In this document: positions 17,516-27,906 of the stretch, piece by piece
How positions within the stretch are numbered: position 1 is the stretch's first letter
Layout: each line of letters starts with the position of its first letter
IMG/VR virus record: IMGVR_UViG_3300008952_002488
Location: 107,927 to 171,926 of that record
Length of the DNA stretch: 64,000 nucleotides
From: a virus
Reading direction: 5' to 3' (one strand)
The notes under the pieces: generated by a model
Seen by the model: only the letters and a program-made list of their open reading frames with translations
Database searches by the model: none
What the model was told of the DNA's origin: nothing
Program-made: the position numbers and the translations under genes

Positions 17516-19311
17516 AAGTAAGAGTTGTTGACTATATTGCTAACAAAATTGATGAACTTGGTGTAAGGGATGTTTTTACTCTTACCGGCGGCGGTGCAAT
17601 GTTCCTCAATGATTGTATTGCAAAACACCCAAATCTAAGAGCTATTTGTAATCACCACGAACAGGCTTGCGCCATGGGTGCGGTAGGCTATGGAAAATAC
17701 ACTAACAATTTTGGTGTATCAATAGTGACCACTGGTTGTGGCAGCACTAACGCTCTGACTGGATTATTGGAAGCGTGGCAAGATAATGTCAAATGCTTGT
17801 TTATATCGGGACAAGTAAATAAATCACAAACTACTCATAATATAAACGTACCACTAAGACAACTAGGTGTCCAAGAGGCTAATATCGTTGATGTAGTAAG
17901 ACCGATATGTAAATATGCAATTATGATAACAGACCCAAACAGGGTAAAGTTTGAGGTAGAAAAAGCAATTCATATCGCCAGTGAAGGACGCCCCGGACCA
18001 GTTTGGCTAGATATCCCATTGGATGTACAGGGGGCTTTTATTGACGTTGATGATTGTCTTTCTTATCCCATTAGGAGAAATAACCACATAAAGAAAAAAA
18101 TAACCCCAAGCGAGTGCGAATCCTTATCTGAGATGTTTGATAAAGCCGAACGCCCAGTGGTTTTAGTTGGGAACGGTGTTCGCCTAGCTGATGCCACGGA
18201 ACAACTCAAAACATTTGTTGAAAAATATAATATACCCACGGTAGCTACTTTTCTTGGCGTTGATCTACTAGAGAGTGATCACCCCTTGATGATCGGGAGG
18301 GTTGGAATCAAAGGGAATCGTGCAGCAAATTTCGCAATGCAAAACTCGGATCTTTTGATAACTATCGGTACTCGCTTAGGTGTTCCTGTGACTGGGTATA
18401 ATTATGAGACCTTCGCTAGAGAGGCAAAGATCGTAGTTGTAGATATTGACAGAGAAGAACACCGGAAAAACACAATCAAAATAGATAAACTGATTGGCTC
18501 CGATGCTAAGAACTTTTTAGAAATTATAAAGTTTAATAAAAAGGTTACCAAAGAATGGTCAGACACATGTTTGAGGTGGAAGAAAAACTGGAGAGTATGT
18601 AATCCGGAATGGAGCAAAGACAAAGAAGGAATAGATCTATATTATTTTATGGATCATCTCTCAAGGCAGAATAAAGATGACTCGGTTGTTGTATCTGATG
18701 CAGGATCCGCATACTATGTTCCTTCTCAATTTCTGGATATTAAAAAAGAACAAAGATATGTAACGTCTGGAGCACAAGCAGACATGGGGTTTACGATCCC
18801 CGCCGCCATTGGGGTTAGTGTTGCAAGGGGAGATAAAGAGGTTATAGGAATTACAGGCGATGGATCTTTCCAAACAAACATCCAAGAACTTCAGACAATA
18901 AAACATTATAACCTACCGATAAAACTTTTCGTGTGGAACAATCACGGATATTTGTCTATCAGAACAACACAGAGAAAGTTTTTTGATGGCAGATTTATAG
19001 GTGTTGACGGCGATTCTGGAGTGTCACTTCCAAACATAGAAAAAATTACCGACGCCTACGGGCTGAAGTATTTTAAGATTGAAACTGTTGAGGGGTTGGA
19101 AGATGGCATACAAAAGGTTCTGAATTATGATGGTCCAGTTGTGTGTGAGGTGATGTGTCAAAAATGGCAAGAAGTTGTTCCAACGCTTATATCGACAAAG
19201 ACAAAAGACGGAAGAATCGTGTCTAGACCATTCGAAGATATGTATCCGCTCTTAACTAGAGAAGAATTTTACGATAACATGATTATCGAGCCTATAAACT
19301 ATGAGGAATAA
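17512..19311 (+). CDS. ThDP-dependent acetolactate-synthase-like enzyme (YerE-like carboligase candidate)
   Basis: HHEQAC; GRPGPVWLDIP; GDGSF...NNHGY ThDP motif. GTG start overlaps the previous stop. Lies inside the sugar cluster. Confidence 0.85.
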   Translation: MKVRVVDYIANKIDELGVRDVFTLTGGGAMFLNDCIAKHPNLRAICNHHEQACAMGAVGYGKYTNNFGVSIVTTGCGSTNALTGLLEAWQDNVKCLFISGQVNKSQTTHNINVPLRQLGVQEANIVDVVRPICKYAIMITDPNRVKFEVEKAIHIASEGRPGPVWLDIPLDVQGAFIDVDDCLSYPIRRNNHIKKKITPSECESLSEMFDKAERPVVLVGNGVRLADATEQLKTFVEKYNIPTVATFLGVDLLESDHPLMIGRVGIKGNRAANFAMQNSDLLITIGTRLGVPVTGYNYETFAREAKIVVVDIDREEHRKNTIKIDKLIGSDAKNFLEIIKFNKKVTKEWSDTCLRWKKNWRVCNPEWSKDKEGIDLYYFMDHLSRQNKDDSVVVSDAGSAYYVPSQFLDIKKEQRYVTSGAQADMGFTIPAAIGVSVARGDKEVIGITGDGSFQTNIQELQTIKHYNLPIKLFVWNNHGYLSIRTTQRKFFDGRFIGVDGDSGVSLPNIEKITDAYGLKYFKIETVEGLEDGIQKVLNYDGPVVCEVMCQKWQEVVPTLISTKTKDGRIVSRPFEDMYPLLTREEFYDNMIIEPINYEE

Positions 19312-19314
19312 AAA

Positions 19315-20253
19315 ATGGCAACCGACCCAAAAAAGACAACTATTTTAACACTAAGGAGGCACAAGAGACAAGAAAAGAAATCTGTATTTGTGACCGCCTA
19401 TGATTATCCACAGGCACTACTCGCTGACAAGGCGGGAGTTGATGGGATACTTGTTGGCGATTCTTTAGGGATGACCACCTTGGGTCATAAAACAACTATA
19501 CCAGTTACAATGGACGCTATGATTCTGCACGCCGAAGCAGTTGCCCGTGGAGCCAAGAGTGCTTTTCTGGTGGGAGACATGCCTTACATGTCTTATCAAG
19601 CTTCAAACAGCGAAGCAGTACATAATGCTGGTCGGTTTATTCGGGCTGGCATGGATTCTGTCAAAGTCGAGGGAGCGATGGTGGATCGTATCAAAGCAAT
19701 TGCTGATGCCGGAATTCTCGTTCAGAGTCACTTAGGTCTCACCCCTCACACAAGAGCAAAGTTAGGTGGCTATAGAGTTCAGGGAAAAACTGCGGAGAGC
19801 ACAGAAATTATTCTTAATCAAGCACTCGAACTACAAGAGGCCGGATGTGCCTTCCTTCTGTTAGAGGCGATGCCAAGAGAATCAGCACAAGCAGTAGCGA
19901 AAGAGTTGAGCATCCCGGTGTATGGTATTGGCGCTGGGGATTTGGTGGATGGTCAGCTTGTTATTATGCACGACTTGGTTGGGTTATTTTGGGAGTTTAA
20001 GTCCAAGTTTGTTAAGAGATACTGCGAGGCTGGAGCCATTATTCAAACGGCTTTGGAACAATATGCCGAAGAAGTTCGCAATGGAGTGTTTCCCTCAGAA
20101 GAAAACTTCTATGAAATTAAAGATGAGGAGCTTGAGAAACTTCTTTCTAATGCAAAATGGAAGTATGAAACCGATCAAGGATTTCCAACTAACCATAGTC
20201 CAACTCCAAACACAGTAACCCCTAAAGAAGATATTTTCAATAATAAAAAATGA
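19315..20253 (+). CDS. panB: 3-methyl-2-oxobutanoate hydroxymethyltransferase family
   Basis: TAYDY, LVGDSLGM, GDMPYMSY, VKVEG, HLGLTP, GIGAG, DGQ. Confidence 0.92.
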   Translation: MATDPKKTTILTLRRHKRQEKKSVFVTAYDYPQALLADKAGVDGILVGDSLGMTTLGHKTTIPVTMDAMILHAEAVARGAKSAFLVGDMPYMSYQASNSEAVHNAGRFIRAGMDSVKVEGAMVDRIKAIADAGILVQSHLGLTPHTRAKLGGYRVQGKTAESTEIILNQALELQEAGCAFLLLEAMPRESAQAVAKELSIPVYGIGAGDLVDGQLVIMHDLVGLFWEFKSKFVKRYCEAGAIIQTALEQYAEEVRNGVFPSEENFYEIKDEELEKLLSNAKWKYETDQGFPTNHSPTPNTVTPKEDIFNNKK

Positions 20254-21080
20254 AGGTCCTAATAACTGGGCGAAACGGTTTTTTAGCAAAAGAGTTATAC
20301 GAGAAATTTGACGATCTTGATATAACTTGTGCCGGAAGAAAAGAAGTAAACTTAACGGACAGTCAGTCTGTAAGAATATTCTTGCAACAAAACAGGTTTG
20401 ATGCCGTCGTACACACTGCCATAATCGGAGGCAGAAGAAACGAAACAGATACTCTCCAAACCTTTGTTGACAACATTTCGATGTTTAATAATTTGGTAGC
20501 AAACAGGCATTCTTTTGGAAAACTAATCAACTTCTGTTCTGGGGCAGCTTTCGGAAAAAATGCTGATATATACAAATACCAAGAAAACAGAATTTACTCA
20601 TTTACACCCTCTGATTATTATGGGATGTCGAAAAACATAATCGCCCGTGAGTGCGATAAATTGTTTGATGTTTATAATCTTAGGTTGTTCGGGTGCTTTG
20701 GGTTTCATGAAGCAAAAACTAGGTTTATAAAATCTTCCATTTTAAGGGCTTTAAAAGGAGAGCCAATATTAATTCATAAAAATAAGATGATGGATTTTGT
20801 TTCATCAGATGACGTGGCAACTGTTGTTCGTCACTATTTGGAAAATGATCCAGGGAAAGATTATGAAAATATCAACATATGCTACAAAGAAAAACATACA
20901 TTAAGGAATATAGCAGCAGAGATTGTAACTTTAACAAATTCTAGTTCTGATATAATATTAGAAGAAGATGGGTTTGCAAACACCTATACTGGGTGTAGTG
21001 ATAAATTGGAAACTCTTGGTCTTGACCTACAGGGTCTTGTTGTAGGGTTGAGAAATTTGACGGAAAGATTAAGTGAATAA
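20250..21080 (+). CDS. NAD-dependent epimerase/dehydratase/reductase (extended SDR)
   Basis: ITGRNGFLA; YGMSK (YxxxK). Confidence 0.85.
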   Translation: MKVLITGRNGFLAKELYEKFDDLDITCAGRKEVNLTDSQSVRIFLQQNRFDAVVHTAIIGGRRNETDTLQTFVDNISMFNNLVANRHSFGKLINFCSGAAFGKNADIYKYQENRIYSFTPSDYYGMSKNIIARECDKLFDVYNLRLFGCFGFHEAKTRFIKSSILRALKGEPILIHKNKMMDFVSSDDVATVVRHYLENDPGKDYENINICYKEKHTLRNIAAEIVTLTNSSSDIILEEDGFANTYTGCSDKLETLGLDLQGLVVGLRNLTERLSE

Positions 21081-22416
21081 GCTAGAAGAGATACTTTCAC
21101 TTGTAAGAGAGTACGCAGAAGAAAATCTCCTCAAAAAATCATGGGAGGAGGGTGATTGGATTAATTATTCTGGTCCTAATTTTTCTTCGGATGAGTATGC
21201 GGCCGCCGTAGAAACACTACTGGACGGATGGCTTGTTATAGGAAAAAGATCTAGGGAATTTGAGAATAGATTTCCATCGCACCTGGGCAAGAGGTACGGA
21301 ATTCTGACAAATTCTGGCAGTTCTGCTAATCTTGTAATGGTACATGCCTTTACAAGCAAGCAAAAGTTTATGAAGAAATATCACCTCCCAAAGGGGAGTA
21401 AAATCATCACGCCTGTAGTTTGTTTCCCTACTACGATTAATCCTATTATTCAGGCAGGATTCGAGCCAGTATTTGTTGATGTTGACTTACCATCTCTTAA
21501 TCTAAATTTAGACGAAGTAGAAAGATTATTAGAAACAGACAAAGACATAAAAGGACTAATGTTCGCTCACGTTTTAGGAAACCCACCAGATATGGACAGG
21601 GTTATGAGTTTGGTTGAGAAATATGATCTAATATTTCTAGAAGATTCGTGCGATGCCTTGGGGTCTTTTTATGACGGAAAACCTTTGGGGTCTTTTGGCC
21701 ATGCCTCTTCGTGTTCGTTTTATCCAGCGCACCATATGACAATGGGGGAAGGAGGTTTTGTAGCAACAGATGACCCAAGAATCCGAAGGGTTCTGGCAAG
21801 CTTTAGAGATTGGGGTCGTGCTTGTTACTGCAACGAGAAAAAGCCAGGAGATGTTACAGACGGCACAGCCTGTGGAAACAGATTTAGAGAGTGGTTAAGA
21901 GATGGCAATCAGAGTTTTGTTTATGATCATCGATATGTGTTTGATGAGGTAGGCTTTAATCTAAAACCATTAGAGCTTCAGTCAGCAATAGGACTTGAAC
22001 AAATAGAAAAACTTCCATCAATGGATTCTGCTCGGCGCAAGAACTTTCTTCGCCTCAAGGAAATATTTTCAAAATATAACGAATATTTTATGCTTCCAAC
22101 TGCAACTCCAAAATCAGATCCCTGTTGGTTTGGGTTTATGACGACAGTAAAACAAAACAACAAGTTCACAAAACAGGATTTGGTTGAGTATCTGGAAGAA
22201 CACAAGATCCAGACAAGATCATATTTCACAGGTAACTGCTTATACCACCCAGCATATAAGGAATATGCTTCTAAATATGAAAACCTTATAGAAAGATTTC
22301 CAAACGCTCACGTTGCTACCGTTGATACTTTTTTTATGGGAACCTTCATTGGGATAACCGACCAAAAGTTGGATTATATTGAAAAAGTTGTTGACAACTT
22401 CTTCGAGAGGGTGTAA
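21073..22416 (+). CDS. rfbH: NDP-4-keto-6-deoxyhexose 3-dehydrase (RfbH/DdhC, E1-like)
   Basis: NSGSSAN; SFYPAHHMTMGEGG with His in place of the PLP Lys; RDWGRACYC..C Fe-S insert. Confidence 0.9.
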   Translation: MNKLEEILSLVREYAEENLLKKSWEEGDWINYSGPNFSSDEYAAAVETLLDGWLVIGKRSREFENRFPSHLGKRYGILTNSGSSANLVMVHAFTSKQKFMKKYHLPKGSKIITPVVCFPTTINPIIQAGFEPVFVDVDLPSLNLNLDEVERLLETDKDIKGLMFAHVLGNPPDMDRVMSLVEKYDLIFLEDSCDALGSFYDGKPLGSFGHASSCSFYPAHHMTMGEGGFVATDDPRIRRVLASFRDWGRACYCNEKKPGDVTDGTACGNRFREWLRDGNQSFVYDHRYVFDEVGFNLKPLELQSAIGLEQIEKLPSMDSARRKNFLRLKEIFSKYNEYFMLPTATPKSDPCWFGFMTTVKQNNKFTKQDLVEYLEEHKIQTRSYFTGNCLYHPAYKEYASKYENLIERFPNAHVATVDTFFMGTFIGITDQKLDYIEKVVDNFFERV

Positions 22417-22417
22417 T

Positions 22418-23368
22418 ATGAAAATAGTATATATTACTGGTTGTCTTGGTTTTATTCCATCGTATTTTACGAAAAAGTGCCTAGAAAGAGGATGGATGGT
22501 TTATGGTGTAGATAAAGTTACTTACGCCGCAAATACAAAAATTCTAAAAGAGTTCCAGACTTATGAAAACTTTAGGTTTAAACAGGAAGATATTAAAGAT
22601 CTGGATGTTTTATACGATTGCGATTATGTTGTCAACTTTGCAGCAGAATCACATGTTGGTAACAGTATTATAAACAGCGATGAATTTATAAACACTAACA
22701 TCGTGGGTACAAAAAACCTTTTAGACTTAGTTAGGTTTAAACCAATAAACTGTGGAGAGAGACCAATCTTTTTACATGTAAGTACTGACGAGGTTTACGG
22801 AGATATAGAAGAAGGGTCTCACAAAGAGACAGACTTGTTACACCCAAGCAATCCATATTCGGCAGCCAAAGCAGCAGCAGATATGCTGGTCTTTGCCTGG
22901 GCAAGAACTTATGGTATTAAATATTTGATAGCCAGACCAACAAACAATTACGGTATGAGACAATATCCAGAAAAGCTTATACCTCTCAGTGTGAAGAATC
23001 TGTTGCGTGACAGGAAGATTTGGCTCCACAACAACGGAACACCTGTAAGGAACTGGCTTCACGCAGATGACACGGCTGAAGCAATCATGACTCTTATTGA
23101 TTCTGGGGTAACAAATGATATTTTCAACATTGCCGGCGATTTTGAGCAAACAAACGCAGAAACTGTCCGAAAGATTATCAAGTCATTCTATGGAACAGAT
23201 GACGACTGGGAAAAGTATGTTGATTATTCATATGAGAGAGAAGGTCAGGATATGAGATATTGTTTAGATGACAACAAAATAAGATCTCTTGGTTGGACAC
23301 CTAAGAAGATATTTGATGAAGAAATAGACGAAATAGTTTCTTTTTATAAGAAAAATTTTATATGGTAA
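22418..23368 (+). CDS. rfbB: dTDP-glucose 4,6-dehydratase-like
   Basis: DKVTYAA; NFAAESHV; STDEVYG; PYSAAK; NNYG..QYPEKLIP. Glycine motif is the variant GCLGFIP. Confidence 0.88.
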   Translation: MKIVYITGCLGFIPSYFTKKCLERGWMVYGVDKVTYAANTKILKEFQTYENFRFKQEDIKDLDVLYDCDYVVNFAAESHVGNSIINSDEFINTNIVGTKNLLDLVRFKPINCGERPIFLHVSTDEVYGDIEEGSHKETDLLHPSNPYSAAKAAADMLVFAWARTYGIKYLIARPTNNYGMRQYPEKLIPLSVKNLLRDRKIWLHNNGTPVRNWLHADDTAEAIMTLIDSGVTNDIFNIAGDFEQTNAETVRKIIKSFYGTDDDWEKYVDYSYEREGQDMRYCLDDNKIRSLGWTPKKIFDEEIDEIVSFYKKNFIW

Positions 23369-23372
23369 GAAA

Positions 23373-24311
23373 ATGAGATTAGATTACAAAGATATTATTA
23401 ATAAACACAAAGGAAAGCCGTGTGTGGTTGCTCTCCATGGACCCAGTTTATCACCACACATAGATGAAATTCAAAACCTCCAAAAACAGGATAAAATAAT
23501 AAGAATTTCTGTAAATGAGTGGTTTGATTTCTTTAAAGAAAAGCCAGATTATTGGGTAATTTCCAATGCCGAGCTTAATATTAGGGACTCAGTATTAAAC
23601 GAGAACATTTGGAAAATGAGAGGATACCCACCAGATGTTTTTAATACTCAGGGGGTACCTCTATTATATAACAGAACAGCCGATTTGACAGATCCAGATT
23701 TTGTAGATAAGAACTTAAAGTGTGATTATCTTCCGTTCGATAATAGACACTTTAAAGGACATAAGTGTCTGGACATTTTGAAAAACTTTAAAAAATATCA
23801 CGATGAAAACAGGAATCTAGATTTTAGAATGTACGGGAATAATGCCCAAATGTGGCAACTCCCAGATACAAGAAGTGTAAACCCACACTGTGCTCAGGTA
23901 CATGGGGTCGTTGCGGGCGGCTGGTCACGCTTTGGAAAGTGTTGTCATTTGATGCAGGAAACAACTATACAAGAAAAATTACAAGAGATAACTGGACACC
24001 CCCAACATATGGGCGTTGGACAGACGGTAGGATTGTTTTGTGTTATGTTTGCTGTTATGATGGGGTGTAATCCAATATATGTTACCGGACTTGATTTAGA
24101 CTATACGCTTGGGTATGCTGAAGGTGCCGACAAGCCCTATTATGTTCCTAACCCAGGTAACGTTGGACACTGGCGTCACGTCTTCCAAGAATTTCTAACA
24201 GATGATATGAGGATTTTGCGTGAGAGTGCAGATTTAAATGGTATAGAAATTATTAACCTTAATAAAAACGCATGGTATGATGTGTTTAAGAAAGGAGACT
24301 TAGGTCTATGA
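23373..24311 (+). CDS. Maf/DUF115-like putative nonulosonate (sialyl-type) transferase
   Basis: VVALHGPSL; ISVN; PDYWV; MGCNPIYVTGLD. Directly upstream of neuB-neuA. Confidence 0.6.
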   Translation: MRLDYKDIINKHKGKPCVVALHGPSLSPHIDEIQNLQKQDKIIRISVNEWFDFFKEKPDYWVISNAELNIRDSVLNENIWKMRGYPPDVFNTQGVPLLYNRTADLTDPDFVDKNLKCDYLPFDNRHFKGHKCLDILKNFKKYHDENRNLDFRMYGNNAQMWQLPDTRSVNPHCAQVHGVVAGGWSRFGKCCHLMQETTIQEKLQEITGHPQHMGVGQTVGLFCVMFAVMMGCNPIYVTGLDLDYTLGYAEGADKPYYVPNPGNVGHWRHVFQEFLTDDMRILRESADLNGIEIINLNKNAWYDVFKKGDLGL

Positions 24312-25144
24312 GTGTTTTTGTGATTGCTGAGGTTGGAATTAACCACAACGGGAGTCTTGATATTGCGAAGCAGCTAATTGATGCCGCCGTCGAGGCTGGC
24401 TGTGATGCTGTTAAGTTTCAAAAGAGAACGGTGGATGTTGTATACACCAAGGAGGAGTTAGACAAGCCGAGGGAGAGTCCGTGGGGAACTACAAACCGTC
24501 AACAAAAATATGGACTGGAGTTTACCAAGGAAGATTACCAAGAGATCGATCAATATTGTAAAAATGCGGGCATCGAGTGGCTTGCATCTGCATGGGATGT
24601 AGAAAGTCAGAAGTTTCTACGTCAGTTTGATTGCAAATATAATAAAGTGGCGTCAGCAATGTTGACACATAGAGAATTGTTAAAAACGATTGCTTCGGAG
24701 AAGAAACATACGTTCATTTCGACTGGAATGAGCACCCTGGAACAGATTGATAAGGCTGTACAGATCTTTGAGGACGCTGATTGTTCGTATGAACTCATGC
24801 ACTGCAATAGTACCTACCCAATGCCGGTCGAAGATGCAAATTTAAAGGTTATGCACACTCTTCAGGAACGCTATAATTGTAACGTTGGATATAGTGGTCA
24901 TGAGAGTGGTGTTATCGTTAGTTGTGCGGCAGTTGCTATGGGTGCCTCATCTCTTGAGCGCCACATCACACTTGATAGAGCAATGTATGGATCGGATCAG
25001 TCAGCTTCTCTGGAAATTGGAGGACTGAATAAATTGATGGAGTATGTCAGAGATATTACAAAATCTATGGGCTCACCGGAAAAAAGAGTGATGAGGACAG
25101 AGGTGGACATTGCCGAAAAACTCAGAAAGTTTGACACCCTGTGA
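24308..25144 (+). CDS. neuB: N-acetylneuraminate/nonulosonate synthase, lacking the C-terminal AFP-like domain
   Basis: IAEVGINHNG; AVKFQKR; STGMS; HCNSTYP; GYSGHE; ERHITLDR. Confidence 0.92.
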   Translation: MSVFVIAEVGINHNGSLDIAKQLIDAAVEAGCDAVKFQKRTVDVVYTKEELDKPRESPWGTTNRQQKYGLEFTKEDYQEIDQYCKNAGIEWLASAWDVESQKFLRQFDCKYNKVASAMLTHRELLKTIASEKKHTFISTGMSTLEQIDKAVQIFEDADCSYELMHCNSTYPMPVEDANLKVMHTLQERYNCNVGYSGHESGVIVSCAAVAMGASSLERHITLDRAMYGSDQSASLEIGGLNKLMEYVRDITKSMGSPEKRVMRTEVDIAEKLRKFDTL

Positions 25145-25866
25145 GACAAATTTCTGCCCTCATTCCTGCAAGAGGTGGAAGCAAGGGAATACACAAAAAG
25201 AATATAAAGCTATTACATGGGCATCCTCTAATAGCCTATTCTATAATCGCTTGTAAAATGTCGGATATGATTGGTAGAATTATAGTATCTACCGATGATG
25301 AAGAAATAGCCGAGGTGGCGCTGAAATACGGAGCAGAAGTGCCATTTATGCGACCCGCTGAATTGGCAACCGACAAGTCGAGGGACATGGAAGTCATTAA
25401 ACACTATTTTGATGTAACTGGCGATGCAGATGTTGCATACATTAGACCAACAACGCCCTTGAGAGATCCAAAATTTATTGATGAGAATATTAGAGAATAT
25501 TTTCATACAAAAATATTGTGCTCAACGGGGGTTCGGTCCATGCATGAATTGCCAGAATCGCCGCACAAGATGTTCCAAATAGACAAAAATGGTTATTGCC
25601 GTGGTTTTTTTGATGATTTCGATGGGATAAAAAACTACACAAACTTACCGAGACAAATATTTCCGAAAGCATATCAACCAAATGGGTATTTGGATATTGT
25701 TAAAAGAGCCACTCTTGATGTTGGCGATACGTTCGGAGATAACATTTTGCCCATTGTGACGGAGTTTGTCATAGAGGTTGATACACCATTTCAATTCGAA
25801 CTTCTTGAGAGTCAACTTAATTCAAAGGGTCATGTTTTATTGGGTGAATTAAAAAATGAGCATTGA
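25141..25866 (+). CDS. neuA: CMP-nonulosonate synthetase (acylneuraminate cytidylyltransferase)
   Basis: IPARGGSKGI..KN; VSTDD; RPAELATD; RPTTPLR; NGY; EVDT. Confidence 0.92.
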   Translation: MRQISALIPARGGSKGIHKKNIKLLHGHPLIAYSIIACKMSDMIGRIIVSTDDEEIAEVALKYGAEVPFMRPAELATDKSRDMEVIKHYFDVTGDADVAYIRPTTPLRDPKFIDENIREYFHTKILCSTGVRSMHELPESPHKMFQIDKNGYCRGFFDDFDGIKNYTNLPRQIFPKAYQPNGYLDIVKRATLDVGDTFGDNILPIVTEFVIEVDTPFQFELLESQLNSKGHVLLGELKNEH

Positions 25867-27115
25867 GACAAAACATAGAAAAATTAATGCTGGATATAAG
25901 CTAGAAGAAACAGAACTCAATGACCGCCGCCACGAGTTAGAAACAAAAGCCAACGGACACCAAGTCCCTGTCGTTTGGGATAGTGCTATCGACTATAACG
26001 TTTTCGACAAGCAGGGTAATAAATGGATTGATATGACTGCCGGCATCTTTGCGGCAAACGCAGGACACTCCAACCCAAAGATTAAAGAAGCTATTCAGAA
26101 CCAACTGGATAAAAACCTTATTTTCGCTTATCAATATATAACGGAGATAAGACAGCAGTTTGTCGAAAAGCTTTTGGATAGCTCCCCAGATCATTTTGAT
26201 AAAACCATCCTGATGAATACAGGCTCAGAAGCCACGGACGTAGCCTATAAACTGATCAAGTTATGGGCAAAGAAAAACAACAAGAAATATATTGTTACTT
26301 TCAATGGAAGTTACCACGGGCGGGTTCTTGGGTCTGCTTTAGTGTGCGGATCAAAGGGGGCAGCAGATTGGTCTTCGGTAGTTGATGACGATGTTATATT
26401 TATAGATTTCCCGACAGACCAGGGTGCCGAGTTTGATCCCACAATATTGGGAGATCCCGCTAATATTGCTGCATTTATGATTGAAACATACCAAGGGTGG
26501 GCAGCGTGGATGTACCCTCCTCAATATATCCAGGCGCTCTATAAATTTGCCAGAGATAACGGAGCCCTTATTTGTTTTGATGAAGTTCAGGCAGGGTTTT
26601 ACCGCATGGGTAAAATGTACGGCTATATGACTTATGGAGAAAACATCAAGCCTGATCTGATATGTTTAGGGAAGGGTATTTCATCCTCTTTGCCGATGGC
26701 TGCTGTCCTTGGTACAGAGGAGATTATTGATGTTGATTTAAACGCAAACTTGAGCGGAACTCATGCTGGTAATGCGCTAGGGTCTGCTGCTTGCTTGGCA
26801 AACCTTGATATATTAACCGACGAAGAGTTTCAAAGGGAATTAAAAGAAAGAGTTAACGCATTTGAGAGAAGAAGTCAAGACCTGTTAAAATATCAATGCG
26901 TGGAGGCTATCAACGCCAGGGGCATCGTCGCAGGTATTGTATTTGACACAACAGAAAGAACAAACAAAATAGTGTTTGACTGTATTGAGCATGGAGTGCT
27001 TCCTGTTTGCACATTTAGAGAATCAATTAAGCTTGGTCCACCACTAACGATACCAGTAGATGCTATTCATGAAGCTTTTGATGTTATAGAAGAGTGCATC
27101 CAAAGGAACCAGTAA
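25856..27115 (+). CDS. Class III PLP aminotransferase
   Basis: NTGSEA; SYHG; FDEVQAGF; LGKG; GTHAGN. Confidence 0.9.
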   Translation: MSIETKHRKINAGYKLEETELNDRRHELETKANGHQVPVVWDSAIDYNVFDKQGNKWIDMTAGIFAANAGHSNPKIKEAIQNQLDKNLIFAYQYITEIRQQFVEKLLDSSPDHFDKTILMNTGSEATDVAYKLIKLWAKKNNKKYIVTFNGSYHGRVLGSALVCGSKGAADWSSVVDDDVIFIDFPTDQGAEFDPTILGDPANIAAFMIETYQGWAAWMYPPQYIQALYKFARDNGALICFDEVQAGFYRMGKMYGYMTYGENIKPDLICLGKGISSSLPMAAVLGTEEIIDVDLNANLSGTHAGNALGSAACLANLDILTDEEFQRELKERVNAFERRSQDLLKYQCVEAINARGIVAGIVFDTTERTNKIVFDCIEHGVLPVCTFRESIKLGPPLTIPVDAIHEAFDVIEECIQRNQ

Positions 27116-27906
27116 TGCACCCGAATCTTTTGGCTTATGACGACCATGAGGTTTTTGATTCTAAAGAGAACATCTCTGTTTATCGAGCCTCAAAATTGAA
27201 GGGAGTTCGGAAGAATATCTCTTTCATAAAAAACAACTTTGACAAAAAGTTAAGAGTGCTTGAGATAGGGTCCGGAAACTCAAAATTCTTATACGCCCTA
27301 GAAATAGAAAACATGCTAGATGAAGGGTATGGATTTGAGGTGAGTAAAAGCAGAAATAGGTTCGCCGATGAGTGGAAACGGGATTTGGGGATTGAAAATG
27401 TTCATAACATCAAAGAGGACATTTTAAAAACAAGGTTTGACAGATTACCAACTTTTGATCTCGTTTATTGTGTAGATCTAGCCTTTCAGTTTTTGGAACC
27501 AATTGAATCAGAGGGCGATTTAAAAATTCTAAAGTCGATTTATGGTCGCTTAAAAAACGGTGGCAAAGTAGTATTAGAGCTTGACTGTCACGAAAGACTT
27601 GTTAATAAAATGGAAGACGGAAAAATAAAAACATGGCAAGAATTTAAAGAACCAGATCCTTGGCAATATCTTCTTTGGGACTGTAACCTAAAGAATAATC
27701 ACCTAACCTTGAATAAAACATTCATAAAGAGAAACCTCTCAGAGACATCAAAAAGTAATGTGGTATTAAAAAATTATCAACGCTCTGATATACTTCATTT
27801 ACTGTTCTTAGCTGGATTTGATAATATCCAAATATTTGAAAGCTGGAATAAGGATGACGACTTATTAGAAGATGAATTTATTGTGATTGGTGAAAAGAAT
27901 GCTTAA
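27115..27906 (+). CDS. Class I SAM-dependent methyltransferase
   Basis: VLEIGSGN; FDLVY; LKNGGKVV. Confidence 0.85.
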   Translation: MHPNLLAYDDHEVFDSKENISVYRASKLKGVRKNISFIKNNFDKKLRVLEIGSGNSKFLYALEIENMLDEGYGFEVSKSRNRFADEWKRDLGIENVHNIKEDILKTRFDRLPTFDLVYCVDLAFQFLEPIESEGDLKILKSIYGRLKNGGKVVLELDCHERLVNKMEDGKIKTWQEFKEPDPWQYLLWDCNLKNNHLTLNKTFIKRNLSETSKSNVVLKNYQRSDILHLLFLAGFDNIQIFESWNKDDDLLEDEFIVIGEKNA

